The notes beneath the pieces were generated by a model. That model was given only the letters and a program-made list of their open reading frames with translations. It was not told the origin of the DNA and did not search any database. DNA of 64,000 nucleotides, taken from a candidate division Kazan bacterium GW2011_GWA1_50_15 (GTDB lineage: Bacteria; Patescibacteriota; Kazan-3B-28). Made by a program: the position numbers and the translations under genes. The stretch is from assembly GCA_001029795.1 (NCBI GenBank), contig CP011216.1:350767-414766 (forward strand), written 5' to 3'. Every line of letters starts with the position of its first letter. Position 1 is the first letter of the stretch. Of the stretch, positions 1 through 8,979 are shown in pieces.

Positions 1-85
1 ATGGTTAGCCCTGGCTAAGGGCTTCCGCCGTTCGATCGAGCCGGATACACTGTGGGCTGCCAGCATCGTCGTAGCGTATATTGGA

Positions 86-778
86 TTGGATTTGTGGGCG
101 TTTGAAACCATCATCACCACAACTGTATTTGTTCTGGCTCTGGCCTATCTCGGCGGTGCCACCCCACGGTTGCGATGGCGGTGGCACGTCTCTGCTACCG
201 TCAGCCGATGGCTGGCGGGGGTGGGAGCGCTGGCGCTGGCAATCGGATTATTTGGACTGGTAGCGGCACCGTGGTTTGGTTTTCAAGTGGCGTGGCGAGC
301 CGCCGCTCGGCAAGACCTGTCTGGTTTTGACAGGGTGCTCGCTCTGGCGCCCTATCTCAAACCTGAGCTAATGTACTATCTGATCGTATCGCCAGACACC
401 CCCTTGCCCACCACCGCTCCGCCGCTCTACAGTAAGATCGCAGCATATATGGAACTGAACATCGGACACTTAAAGACACATCCTGGCTACTACTTGGCGT
501 TGGCCAATGCTTGGCAGGCCTCGGACAATACGGATAAATTGTCGCGTATGAAAAGTGCTTTGGTCAGGGCTCTAGATATCACTCACAATAACAATGGCTA
601 CTACTGGGCATATTTGGCGCAGATCGAGGTCCAATTGGGCAACACTGACGAGGCGTTAGCTGACATCGCCAAAGCCAAACTTTTAAATCCCGGTTCCCGC
701 TTTACCGAGCTAGCAGAAGAGAAAATCAACGAATGGTTGACCGGACAGTCAACTCAACCCGTCGATGAAGCAGCTTAA
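86..778 (+). CDS. membrane-anchored TPR-like repeat protein (hypothetical)
   Basis: 230-aa ORF with N-terminal hydrophobic helices followed by TPR-like helical repeats (YYLALANAW, YYWAYLAQIEVQLGNTDEALADIAKA). It overlaps the miaA start by 14 nt; the true N-terminus could lie upstream of the window. Confidence 0.4.
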   Translation: MDLWAFETIITTTVFVLALAYLGGATPRLRWRWHVSATVSRWLAGVGALALAIGLFGLVAAPWFGFQVAWRAAARQDLSGFDRVLALAPYLKPELMYYLIVSPDTPLPTTAPPLYSKIAAYMELNIGHLKTHPGYYLALANAWQASDNTDKLSRMKSALVRALDITHNNNGYYWAYLAQIEVQLGNTDEALADIAKAKLLNPGSRFTELAEEKINEWLTGQSTQPVDEAA

Positions 779-1652
779 TCTCGTGGCCATCGTGGGGGCC
801 ACTGCGTCCGGTAAATCGGCGTGGGCGGTTAAATTAGCTAAAAAATTTAACGGGGTCATCATCTCGGCCGACTCGCGGCAGGTGTATAAGGGTTTAGATG
901 TCGCCACCGCCAAAGTAACCAAAGCGGAGATGGATGGCGTTCCTCATTATTTACTTAGCGTCGTCAAGCCCGACGAGGAATTTAATGTGGCTATCTATCA
1001 AAAGATGGTAGAGAAAATTTTGGATAGATTACGCCGCAGCCACCGGCCGAAAGTTCCGTTTTTGGTTGGCGGCACGGGGTTGTATGTGGCGGCCATCACC
1101 GAGGGCTATCAACTGCCGACCGTGTCCCCCGATGCAAAATTACGGGCCAGGTTGGCTAAACAGCCGTTAACGAAGTTGATAGAGCAGTTGCGCCGGCTCG
1201 ACCCCGACACGGCCGTAGATATCAATAACCCGCGTCGGGTCATCCGGGCGATAGAAATTTTACAAGCCGGCGGCAGGCCGGCTAAGACCAAACCGTCCTT
1301 CGAGGTGCTGAAGATCGGCATCCAACTCCCCCGCGAGAAAATCTATCACAACATCGGACACAGAGTCCGCACCCTCGACTGGGACGCGCTAACTCGCGAG
1401 ACCCGCCGACTGATGCGTGCCGGCTTTGATTTTAACAGCAACCCCCTAACCGCTATCTACTACCGCCCGGTCAAGGATTTTATCGAAGGACGCCTAGACC
1501 GCGACCAGACCATCGCCAAACTCATCCGGGGTGATAAAAACTACGCCAAGCGCCAACTGACTTGGTTCAACAAAGACAAAACTATCCACTGGGTGACTAC
1601 CCTCACTGAAGCCGAACGGTTAGTCAAAAGTTTTCTTGAAACGCCAGATTAA
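765..1652 (+). CDS. miaA: tRNA dimethylallyltransferase
   Basis: P-loop GATASGKS followed by ISADSRQVYKGLDVATAK, which is the MiaA signature, at full MiaA length (295 aa). Confidence 0.85.
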   Translation: MKQLNLVAIVGATASGKSAWAVKLAKKFNGVIISADSRQVYKGLDVATAKVTKAEMDGVPHYLLSVVKPDEEFNVAIYQKMVEKILDRLRRSHRPKVPFLVGGTGLYVAAITEGYQLPTVSPDAKLRARLAKQPLTKLIEQLRRLDPDTAVDINNPRRVIRAIEILQAGGRPAKTKPSFEVLKIGIQLPREKIYHNIGHRVRTLDWDALTRETRRLMRAGFDFNSNPLTAIYYRPVKDFIEGRLDRDQTIAKLIRGDKNYAKRQLTWFNKDKTIHWVTTLTEAERLVKSFLETPD

Positions 1653-1700
1653 AATACCGCCAAAACTCACGGCCGTGGATTTTGGCGGTATTATCACCAC

Positions 1701-2471
1701 CTACTGTTGACGGGGTGGCGTGAAATCCCGAACATAACCGACCTGCCGGTACTTGCCGCGCAGTTTATTCCAAGTAATTTTAAACAAATCCTTTAGCGTA
1801 CGGATGGCCTCTCGTCCGGTGCGAACTTTGGATTCAAAATCGTTGTACCAGTTGATGCCAACCTCCTTGAACCGGTAGCCCAGTTGGCGGGCGATGGCAA
1901 AGGCCTCAATATCGAAACCGAACCTAGTTAGCCGCACATTGGCAAAAATGTTCTGGCCGGCATTGCGCTCAAATAATTTAAATCCGCACTGGGTGTCCCA
2001 CACACCGGGCACGGCCATAAACCGAATAAGGAGGTTGGATAACCGCGAGAGAATAATCCGATGGCGGGCTTGCGGGACATGGACATGCGCGCCTTTGATG
2101 TAGCGGGAGCCGAAGATAACTGGGTACTCTTTAGTAAACGGCCAAAACTTTTCAACTTCTTCGATAGGTGTGGCGTTGTCGGCGTCGGTGAATAGTACCC
2201 AGCGGCCGTGGGCGGAAAGCATCCCCCGCTTGACCACGGCGCCTTTACCCTGATTATGTGTAGCGGTCAGCAGTCGTAGCTGCGGCCAACCCTCGGCGAT
2301 AATTTTCACTATCTCGCGGGTGGTGTCGCCACTGCCATCATCCGAGACGACCACTTCGTAACCGTAACTCTGCGCGTCTAAATACGCCCGCAGTTTGGTG
2401 AGGGTCTTCCCGATGCGACGCTCTTCGTTGTAGGCCGGAATGACGACCGAAAGGTAGATATCCATATACAT
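1701..2471 (-). CDS. family 2 glycosyltransferase, GtrB / dolichol-phosphate-mannose-synthase-like (polyprenyl-phosphate sugar transferase)
   Basis: VVIPAYNEE ... SDDGSGDTT ... DAD motifs of GT2 on a 256-aa protein of GtrB/DPM1 size; adjacent to a GtrA-like gene. Confidence 0.75.
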   Translation of the reverse strand: MYMDIYLSVVIPAYNEERRIGKTLTKLRAYLDAQSYGYEVVVSDDGSGDTTREIVKIIAEGWPQLRLLTATHNQGKGAVVKRGMLSAHGRWVLFTDADNATPIEEVEKFWPFTKEYPVIFGSRYIKGAHVHVPQARHRIILSRLSNLLIRFMAVPGVWDTQCGFKLFERNAGQNIFANVRLTRFGFDIEAFAIARQLGYRFKEVGINWYNDFESKVRTGREAIRTLKDLFKITWNKLRGKYRQVGYVRDFTPPRQQ

Positions 2472-2596
2472 ACATTATGTCATTCTGAGCGATTCTGCTG
2501 CAAAAGCAGAAGAGTCGAAGAATCTAGTTTTGGCAAGCCGGAACGGCTTTGCCTAGATCCTTCGCTTCCGCTCAGGATGACCCCGGCTGGCCGGGG

Positions 2597-2971
2597 TTAT
2601 TTCTTGAACACCAATTTTTTGCTGGCGGCAAAGTTCCAAGCAAACACGATTGGAATTGAAATTAGCTTCGCCCAGTTATAATGCCATGGAACCACCTCGC
2701 TGAAGTAGTAAACCATCAAGTCAGATAACCCCAGACCGATGACCGCCACCAGCACAAACCCGCCTAACTGGAGGTAAGTGTTTCCTTCGCGAGCCCGGAA
2801 GGTCCAATATTTGTTGAAGAAAAAGCTGTTAATGACCGCCACCGAGAACGAGACCGTGTTCGCCCACAATACCGCCCAGCCAAACACCCCCGCCAATAAA
2901 TTAAGAAGCCTAAAATCAATAATAGTGTTAACCACCCCGACTATCCCGAATTTGACGACTTGTTTAAACAT
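2597..2971 (-). CDS. GtrA-family small membrane protein (putative polyprenyl-P-sugar flippase)
   Basis: 124 aa with 4 predicted TM helices and the FGIVGVVNTIIDF N-terminus typical of the GtrA family; sits next to the GT2 gene. Confidence 0.65.
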   Translation of the reverse strand: MFKQVVKFGIVGVVNTIIDFRLLNLLAGVFGWAVLWANTVSFSVAVINSFFFNKYWTFRAREGNTYLQLGGFVLVAVIGLGLSDLMVYYFSEVVPWHYNWAKLISIPIVFAWNFAASKKLVFKK

Positions 2972-3692
2972 TTTTGCGCGCTACCACGACTACACTACTC
3001 CCCCACGGGAACCCCCGGCCTTTGGCTAAATAATTTGCCTCCAATCGGCTGAAACTGATCAGGATTTTATCCACCCACGAACTAGTCGCTACATACGAAG
3101 TTTTGGGCTTAGCGCCTTTGGTCAAAAATCGCACCAACACCACCAGCGGGAAAGTAAAGAAAAAGAATGGTGAAATAAATTGCACCGCAAAGCCCGTCTC
3201 GCGGAATTTAGCTCGCAGTTCACCAACCGAATACCGCCGGAAGTGGTGCAGGGCCTTGTCGTGCGCCGACCACAACCACTGGTGGGCCGGCACGGTAATC
3301 ATCAAATAACCGCCGGGTTTCAGCGCCTGCCACCAAGACCGCAGGGCGACCTTGTCGTTTTCGATATGTTCCAACACATCAAACGCCACCGCCAAGTCAT
3401 ACTCGCTAGTAATCCCCAACTCCGTACCGTCTATCTGCAATAGTTCGTCATAGGCGTGTTGCTCGCGGCAGAACGCCAACGCTTCCGGGCTGGGATCCAC
3501 CCCCGCTACCCTACCCCATTTTTTCAGCCACCAATAGTTGACGCCAGTGCCGCAACCGATATCCAAGATCTCCAACTGGCCGCCAATCGGCAAGTGGCTG
3601 GCCAATACTTTTTGCAAAACCCGCCGCCGGCCGATGTGCCACCAGTAGTGCTGTTCCTGCTTCTCCATCTGCCCGTATTCGGCGAGCTCCAT
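2964..3692 (-). CDS. class I SAM-dependent methyltransferase
   Basis: LDIGCGTG motif I and VLEHI motif; 242 aa; overlaps the gtrA-like start by 8 nt (operon). Confidence 0.7.
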   Translation of the reverse strand: MELAEYGQMEKQEQHYWWHIGRRRVLQKVLASHLPIGGQLEILDIGCGTGVNYWWLKKWGRVAGVDPSPEALAFCREQHAYDELLQIDGTELGITSEYDLAVAFDVLEHIENDKVALRSWWQALKPGGYLMITVPAHQWLWSAHDKALHHFRRYSVGELRAKFRETGFAVQFISPFFFFTFPLVVLVRFLTKGAKPKTSYVATSSWVDKILISFSRLEANYLAKGRGFPWGSSVVVVARKNV

Positions 3693-3753
3693 AATCTAAT
3701 TATACCTGTCCCACCTTTTTCGGTATAATAAGCCCGTCTTGGACTGAATTTTT

Positions 3754-3827
3754 CGGGGCGTAGCGCAGCCCGGTAGCGCACCGCGTTTGGGACGCGGGGG
3801 TCGCAGGTTCAAATCCTGTCGCCCCGA
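3754..3827 (+). tRNA. tRNA-Pro (anticodon TGG)
   Basis: Cloverleaf read by hand: acceptor CGGGGCG/CGCCCCG with the C1:G72 pair typical of tRNA-Pro, anticodon loop TTTGGGA, T-loop GGTTCAAATCC, CCA encoded at 3828-3830. Confidence 0.8.
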
Positions 3828-3905
3828 CCAGACAACTTGCCTTCGGAGAACAATTTAATTATAGTGGAAGCGGGTTTTTAACCCGTACTTTAATATTCTA
3901 GGAGC

Positions 3906-4697
3906 GTGACCCAAATGGCAACATTACCTGTTGAATCTGCTGACGATATTACGGAGTCGGCGCCGCGCAAGCTACCAGAGAATAAAGATGCCGAATTGCG
4001 CGCAGCTCTTCAAGCGGCTCTAGCATCCGACCGGGGCGTGCTGGTTGCTGGAACAATGTGCAACAAAAAGGATTGCCCAACCCCGCCCGGCCTGCGTTGG
4101 CTGGACGAGAAGGAGCTGACTGCAGCTAAGACGCTACCTACATCATCGGGGCTGGTCATCATTCTGACTTCCACACACCACAAAACCAGTATGAAGCTCA
4201 AAGCTAATCTGCCAGAAGGCACCCAGTGCTTCGACCAGGTATCGGGCAATCAAGTGCGGCGGGCACTCAAGAATTTGGGTTATACCCCAGAACCAGTTAC
4301 GCCAGCGCCAGTCATCATGGTCGAGGTTTCACCTCCGCCAGAACCAGCACCCCAACCCAAGCGCCAGCATTACGGCATTAAACTAGTGCAGGTCATCGCT
4401 GACGCCAACGCCGATATGCTATCGTCCCTAGAGATCGAGGGGGCCGCCCAGTGGATAGCGCAATACATCCATCAGCGTAACGGCAAAGTTAATCCCAAGA
4501 CAGTCCGTAGTGTGCTGGAAAACCAACGAAGCGCCAGTGCCACCGATGCCGTGCTCCGCTCCATGGGAGATGACGACCAGGAACTAGGCCAACTCTTCAA
4601 AGAGCTGGACCGGGTCGTCAACAAATTGAAACAGCGTCTCCGCGCTATCGTCGAGGAGCGCAACCAGTACCGCGATGAGCTTTTTGCAGCCAGCTAA
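3906..4697 (+). CDS. hypothetical protein with a Pro-rich central linker
   Basis: 263-aa ORF with a PEPVTPAPVIMVEVSPPPEPAPQP linker and no recognisable catalytic motif; a terminator follows. Confidence 0.45.
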   Translation: MTQMATLPVESADDITESAPRKLPENKDAELRAALQAALASDRGVLVAGTMCNKKDCPTPPGLRWLDEKELTAAKTLPTSSGLVIILTSTHHKTSMKLKANLPEGTQCFDQVSGNQVRRALKNLGYTPEPVTPAPVIMVEVSPPPEPAPQPKRQHYGIKLVQVIADANADMLSSLEIEGAAQWIAQYIHQRNGKVNPKTVRSVLENQRSASATDAVLRSMGDDDQELGQLFKELDRVVNKLKQRLRAIVEERNQYRDELFAAS

Positions 4698-4704
4698 ACC
4701 TTTA

Positions 4705-4733
4705 CCGCCCCGATGAACATCGGGGCGTTTTTC
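4705..4733 (+). terminator. rho-independent terminator
   Basis: CGCCCCGATG-aaca-TCGGGGCG stem followed by TTTTT. Confidence 0.6.
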
Positions 4734-4811
4734 CTGTAAAATATCCTTGTCCCCCTTCTTCTTCTCCGTCCTCCATTATTCATTATTCATCCTTCATTAT
4801 TCATTATCTCG

Positions 4812-6089
4812 ATGCGCTACACCCATTCTTTTCTCAAAACCCTAAAAGACGCCCCGAAAGAGGCGGAGCTTATTAGTCACCAATATCTTCTGCGGGGTGG
4901 GTTCGTCACCCCCTTGGGCGCTGGCATCTATACCTATCTGCCGATGGGTTTTCGGGTAATGCGAAAGATCTATACCATCATTCAAGAAGAATTAAATAAA
5001 ATTGGCGTCGAAGATATTTTGATGCCGGTGGTCCACCCGGCCCGGGTGTGGAAGGAAACCGGCCGATTCTTCGAAGTCGGTCCGGAGCTCTGGAAGATCC
5101 AGAACCGCTCGGAGGAGGATTTCGTATTGGCAATGACTCACGAAGAGGTAGTCACGGACGCGGCCAAGAAAGTTATCCAGTCGTACAAAGACCTGCCGAA
5201 ATTGGTCGGCCAAATCCAACTGAAAGTCCGCGACGAAGCCCGGCCTCGCGGCGGACTCTTGCGTCTGCGCGAGTTCACGATGCAAGACGCCTATTCATTC
5301 GACAAAGACGAGAAAGAGTTAGAGATGTCTTATCAAAAATTTATCGGCGCCTACAAAAAAATATTTGAGCGGGTCGGAGTAAAAACCGTGATGATAGAAT
5401 CCGACACCGGCGCCATGGGCGGCCTGGGCGCGCATGAGTTTATGATGATTACCCCATCCGGCGAGGACAAGATAGTCACCGATGGCACACGAGCAGTGAA
5501 CGCTGAAAAACTCGGCATTGCGAAAGAAGAGGATGTCGACTCCCCCGCCGCTGCCTCCAAGATCGCTGAGTTTTTTGGCACGGCCAAAGTTGAATTTATG
5601 CGCGGCATTGAAGTTGGCAACATATTCAAACTTGGGACCAAATATTCCGACCCGCAGAAACTCAACTATTTGGATGAGAACAATCAGCAACGCCCTGTCA
5701 TTATGGGCAGTTACGGCATCGGACTCGACCGGTTAATCGCTTCCATTGTTGAAGCCAGCCACGACGACAAAGGCATGATTTGGCCGAAGGCGGTAGCCCC
5801 CTACCATATCCACCTCATCTCCATCGGCGACGACGAGAAGGTCTGGAACACCGCTAACCATATATATGAAGAGTTATGGCAGGCTGGAGCGGAGGTGTTC
5901 TTCGATGACCGTCTGGATGTCTCGGCCGGTGACAAGTTCGCCGATGCTGATTTGATCGGCATCCCCCTGAGAGTGGTCATCAGCTCAAAAACGCTAAATG
6001 ACAGTTCCGTTGAAGTCAAAGAGCGCGAGAAAAAAACTGCCAGGTTAGTCGCGCTGAACAGCTTGGTTGATAGCGTTAGGCCTAGGTAG
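4812..6089 (+). CDS. proS: prolyl-tRNA synthetase, short form lacking the bacterial editing insertion
   Basis: N-terminus MRYTHSFLKTLKDAPKEAELISHQYLLRGGF, class II motifs (FRDE-like REFTMQDAYSF) and a C-terminal anticodon-binding domain, 425 aa. No SD is visible; the leader carries CATTATTCAT repeats. Confidence 0.85.
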   Translation: MRYTHSFLKTLKDAPKEAELISHQYLLRGGFVTPLGAGIYTYLPMGFRVMRKIYTIIQEELNKIGVEDILMPVVHPARVWKETGRFFEVGPELWKIQNRSEEDFVLAMTHEEVVTDAAKKVIQSYKDLPKLVGQIQLKVRDEARPRGGLLRLREFTMQDAYSFDKDEKELEMSYQKFIGAYKKIFERVGVKTVMIESDTGAMGGLGAHEFMMITPSGEDKIVTDGTRAVNAEKLGIAKEEDVDSPAAASKIAEFFGTAKVEFMRGIEVGNIFKLGTKYSDPQKLNYLDENNQQRPVIMGSYGIGLDRLIASIVEASHDDKGMIWPKAVAPYHIHLISIGDDEKVWNTANHIYEELWQAGAEVFFDDRLDVSAGDKFADADLIGIPLRVVISSKTLNDSSVEVKEREKKTARLVALNSLVDSVRPR

Positions 6090-6185
6090 AGACTGCTCTT
6101 GTCAGAGACAAGGGTTCTCTTTACAATGACTAGGTCGATTTTTTCGGTTAGTACTTTAAAATCTTATTAAGGGAGGTGGCGGGTG

Positions 6186-7427
6186 ATGCCACTGTTGCAT
6201 GTAGGCAACCAATCGTTGGCGATATTTGCCAACCAGCGGGTAACCAACCCCGATTTCGAGCGCCAGTACGAACAGAGGCATGTTCTGCTGGCAACAGCGG
6301 AGGACGTCCTCGTGACATCCACCCCGATCGACTCTGCCTATCTGGAGTATCTCGACTCTTTAGTGGGCATCCCCGAGATCGTGGTCGCTGGGCGGCATGA
6401 CCAAGTCTGCCTCGCTAAGAACATTTTGGGGGACCCTGAAACCCTGCGGCAGCTGCGGCGGGCTATCGACGGAAGGGAGTTTATCCTCCTACCATTTATG
6501 GCCACTCCGCAGATCGATCAGGTAGCGGCGCTCTTGGGTATTGATGTGTTGGGCTCGTCGGATCTAAGCGAACATTTCAACCGCAAGAGCAATTTCAGGG
6601 ACTTAGCCCACGAGCTAGGTCTGTCGGTCGCGGATGGAGTTGGACACATGCGGGACATTGCGTGCGTGAAACAGGCTGTCTGCCAGCTCGCCAACGGCGA
6701 CGGACAAGTAGTAGTCAAAGGCGACCTGGGCACCGGCGGGATGGAGAACATCCTGCTAGCCGAACACGCATCACTCGATGATCTCGAGCGCCAGTTGGAG
6801 GCTTGGTGGGTGTCTGGAGACAATCCCTTGGGTGAAGCGTTAGTCGCGGAGAGGTGGTATCCCAAGCGATGTTCACCCAGCATCCAGCTCTGTGTCACTA
6901 ACGGCAGTTTTACGCTAGGGCCGGTGATGACACAGATCCTCAACTCGAAAAGTGAGAGCGAGTATCTTGGTTGCCGTTTCCCAGCCAGACTACCAGACGA
7001 GATCGTCGAGGCTCTGGTGACCGGGGCTGAGTCGCTCGCGACCGTCTTCCAGGCCAAGGGGCTAAAAGGCTATATCGGGTTCGATACCATTGTGCTGCCG
7101 GACGGCAGTGTGATGTGGATTGAAGCCAATATGCGCCTCTCGGCCACCAGCTTCCCTTACCAGTTCGGCCAGCGGTTCTTTGGCCACAATCAGTTCAGCA
7201 TGGTAGGGCATTCGGTCAAAACCCGCCCTAGTCTGACGACCGATGGGGTTTTGGGCCGGCTGCGCCCAATGCTGCTTAAGCCTGGGAGCACCTCGGGGGT
7301 TATCCCCTATAACCTCGGGCTGCTGGCCTGGAACAAACTGGACCTGGCGGCCTTCGCCTCACCCCAGGGAGACGACCTAGTCCAGGAGCTGATCGGCGAG
7401 GCCGAACAACGGTTGAACTGGCGCTAG
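6186..7427 (+). CDS. ATP-grasp fold ligase of unknown specificity
   Basis: C-terminal WIEANMRLS (the ExN Mg-binding motif of ATP-grasp enzymes) and a central glycine-rich KGDLGTGGMENI. SD GGGAGGTGG lies 6 nt upstream of the ATG at 6186 (the ORF track used GTG at 6183). Confidence 0.5.
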   Translation: MPLLHVGNQSLAIFANQRVTNPDFERQYEQRHVLLATAEDVLVTSTPIDSAYLEYLDSLVGIPEIVVAGRHDQVCLAKNILGDPETLRQLRRAIDGREFILLPFMATPQIDQVAALLGIDVLGSSDLSEHFNRKSNFRDLAHELGLSVADGVGHMRDIACVKQAVCQLANGDGQVVVKGDLGTGGMENILLAEHASLDDLERQLEAWWVSGDNPLGEALVAERWYPKRCSPSIQLCVTNGSFTLGPVMTQILNSKSESEYLGCRFPARLPDEIVEALVTGAESLATVFQAKGLKGYIGFDTIVLPDGSVMWIEANMRLSATSFPYQFGQRFFGHNQFSMVGHSVKTRPSLTTDGVLGRLRPMLLKPGSTSGVIPYNLGLLAWNKLDLAAFASPQGDDLVQELIGEAEQRLNWR

Positions 7428-7450
7428 CCAGTAAACCTGTACCTTTGACA

Positions 7451-7480
7451 AAAAACGCACTCTGCGAGTGCGTTTTTTTA
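7451..7480 (+). terminator. rho-independent terminator (bidirectional shape)
   Basis: AAAAA-CGCACTC-tgcg-GAGTGCG-TTTTTTT. Confidence 0.65.
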
Positions 7481-7481
7481 T

Positions 7482-7509
7482 TTGACTAGCCCCTTGGGGG
7501 GTATATAAT
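7482..7509 (+). promoter_or_regulatory. sigma70-like promoter for arcA
   Basis: TTGACT-16 nt-TATAAT; an AAGGAG SD follows at 7566. Confidence 0.5.
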
Positions 7510-7571
7510 GTGATGTCAGTTTGGCGTAAGCCAAACCCTTGAAAACTTAAAAAAATTCTCAACTAAAGGAG

Positions 7572-8918
7572 ATGATGCAGTTGGACCGAAGAATTCAGTT
7601 GCAAGTATTGTCGGAGTTCGGCCATCTCGAAACGGTCGTAGTCCACCGTCCAGGGAGAGAGCTCTTGTTGCCACCCCCCAAGGGTGATGACAAGGGAGAG
7701 TTGGATTACTATCTTTGGGATGACATTGTCAGTCTGACCGACATCCGTCGTCAGCATGCCGATTTCCTGGATGCCCTCCCCGCGAGCGGCTCGCTCGGCG
7801 CGCCCTGTCGAGTACTCTGTGTCGAAGAACTGGTCAGTGACGTTTGCGAGGACTTGACAACTCGCCAAGGGATCGCCGACACACTTATTGCCTTGGTCGA
7901 GGTCAACGGACATCGGCTGAACAAGGACCGGCTCGGATGTAACTTTTCCGCCAAGGCCATCAAAGCCATGGCTAACAAAGCCGATGGGACTACCTTCGCC
8001 CAGTGCCTTATTACCGGTTTTTGGGGTGAAGAGAGCCACGAACGGCTCATCCGCCCTATCCCCAACTTGATGTTCATGCGCGACCCCGGGGCAGTGGCTG
8101 GTGACTATCTTTTTCTTTCGACCTTTCGGAAGCCGGCCCGGTTCCGTGAAGAGTTAGTTTTAAGGCTGATGCTTCGACACCCGCTCTTATCCGACATCAA
8201 AATCTGCGATGTAGCCAAGGAGGCGGAGGAAATAGCTCGCCAGGAAGGCGGTAAACCCTCCGAGGAGCCAACGTTCGAAGGTGGCGACCTGTTGGTTGTT
8301 AACGAACGCCTGGCTATCTTGGGTAAGAGTTCACGGACGACGGAGCCGGCAATCAGCGTAATCGTTCACCGTTTGGCGACCATCGGTATGGCCGTCGCGG
8401 TGGTCGAGCTTCCGGCTTTGCGCTCGTGTATGCACATCGACACGGTACTGGGTTTCATTTCGCCGGAATTCTATCTGGCCCACGCACCGATGTTCAATGA
8501 GACGATCGACCAAAAGTTTCGCCCTACCATCAAGGTTCACCGCTCGGCCGCTGGCAAAATCAACTTGAGCGAAGAACCTGAGTATGGCATCGGCGCTCTG
8601 TTGAAAGACTACGGCTATATGGGCGAACCCATCTTCGTCGGCGGGGACAAACCCATCCATCAAAATCGCGAACAATACACAGAAGCCGCCAACGTCATTA
8701 CCGTCCGTCCGAACGCCTTCATCATGTACCAGCGCAACGAAGAAACGGCGCGGGTACTGCACGAGCATGGATTTCTCATCACGACCAGCATCGAAGAGTT
8801 TTGCAGAATCGCCAACGAACCTCGCACTTACATCGTTCTCCTCATCGAGGACAGTGAACTGGTTCGCGGCCGGGGTGGCCCACACTGCATGACCATGCCG
8901 CTATGCCGCGAGGTGTAA
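7572..8918 (+). CDS. arcA: arginine deiminase
   Basis: Motifs collinear with ADI along the whole protein: N-terminal LSEFGHLETVVVHRPG, mid FEGGDLLV, CMHIDTV (catalytic His) and C-terminal GRGGPHCMTMPL (catalytic Cys); 448 aa. Confidence 0.8.
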   Translation: MMQLDRRIQLQVLSEFGHLETVVVHRPGRELLLPPPKGDDKGELDYYLWDDIVSLTDIRRQHADFLDALPASGSLGAPCRVLCVEELVSDVCEDLTTRQGIADTLIALVEVNGHRLNKDRLGCNFSAKAIKAMANKADGTTFAQCLITGFWGEESHERLIRPIPNLMFMRDPGAVAGDYLFLSTFRKPARFREELVLRLMLRHPLLSDIKICDVAKEAEEIARQEGGKPSEEPTFEGGDLLVVNERLAILGKSSRTTEPAISVIVHRLATIGMAVAVVELPALRSCMHIDTVLGFISPEFYLAHAPMFNETIDQKFRPTIKVHRSAAGKINLSEEPEYGIGALLKDYGYMGEPIFVGGDKPIHQNREQYTEAANVITVRPNAFIMYQRNEETARVLHEHGFLITTSIEEFCRIANEPRTYIVLLIEDSELVRGRGGPHCMTMPLCREV

Positions 8919-8979
8919 TTGCCGGCCAGTGGAGTTTGTATTACGCTAGCAAAGTACACTAGCAAAGGAGAATTTAGTC

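Noticed and set aside
4992-6019. Antisense ORFs within proS (4992..5285-, 5048..5368+, 5319..5690-, 5351..5665-, 5518..5736+, 5801..6019-)
   Set aside because: They overlap the prolyl-tRNA synthetase reading frame, which has full-length class II motifs.
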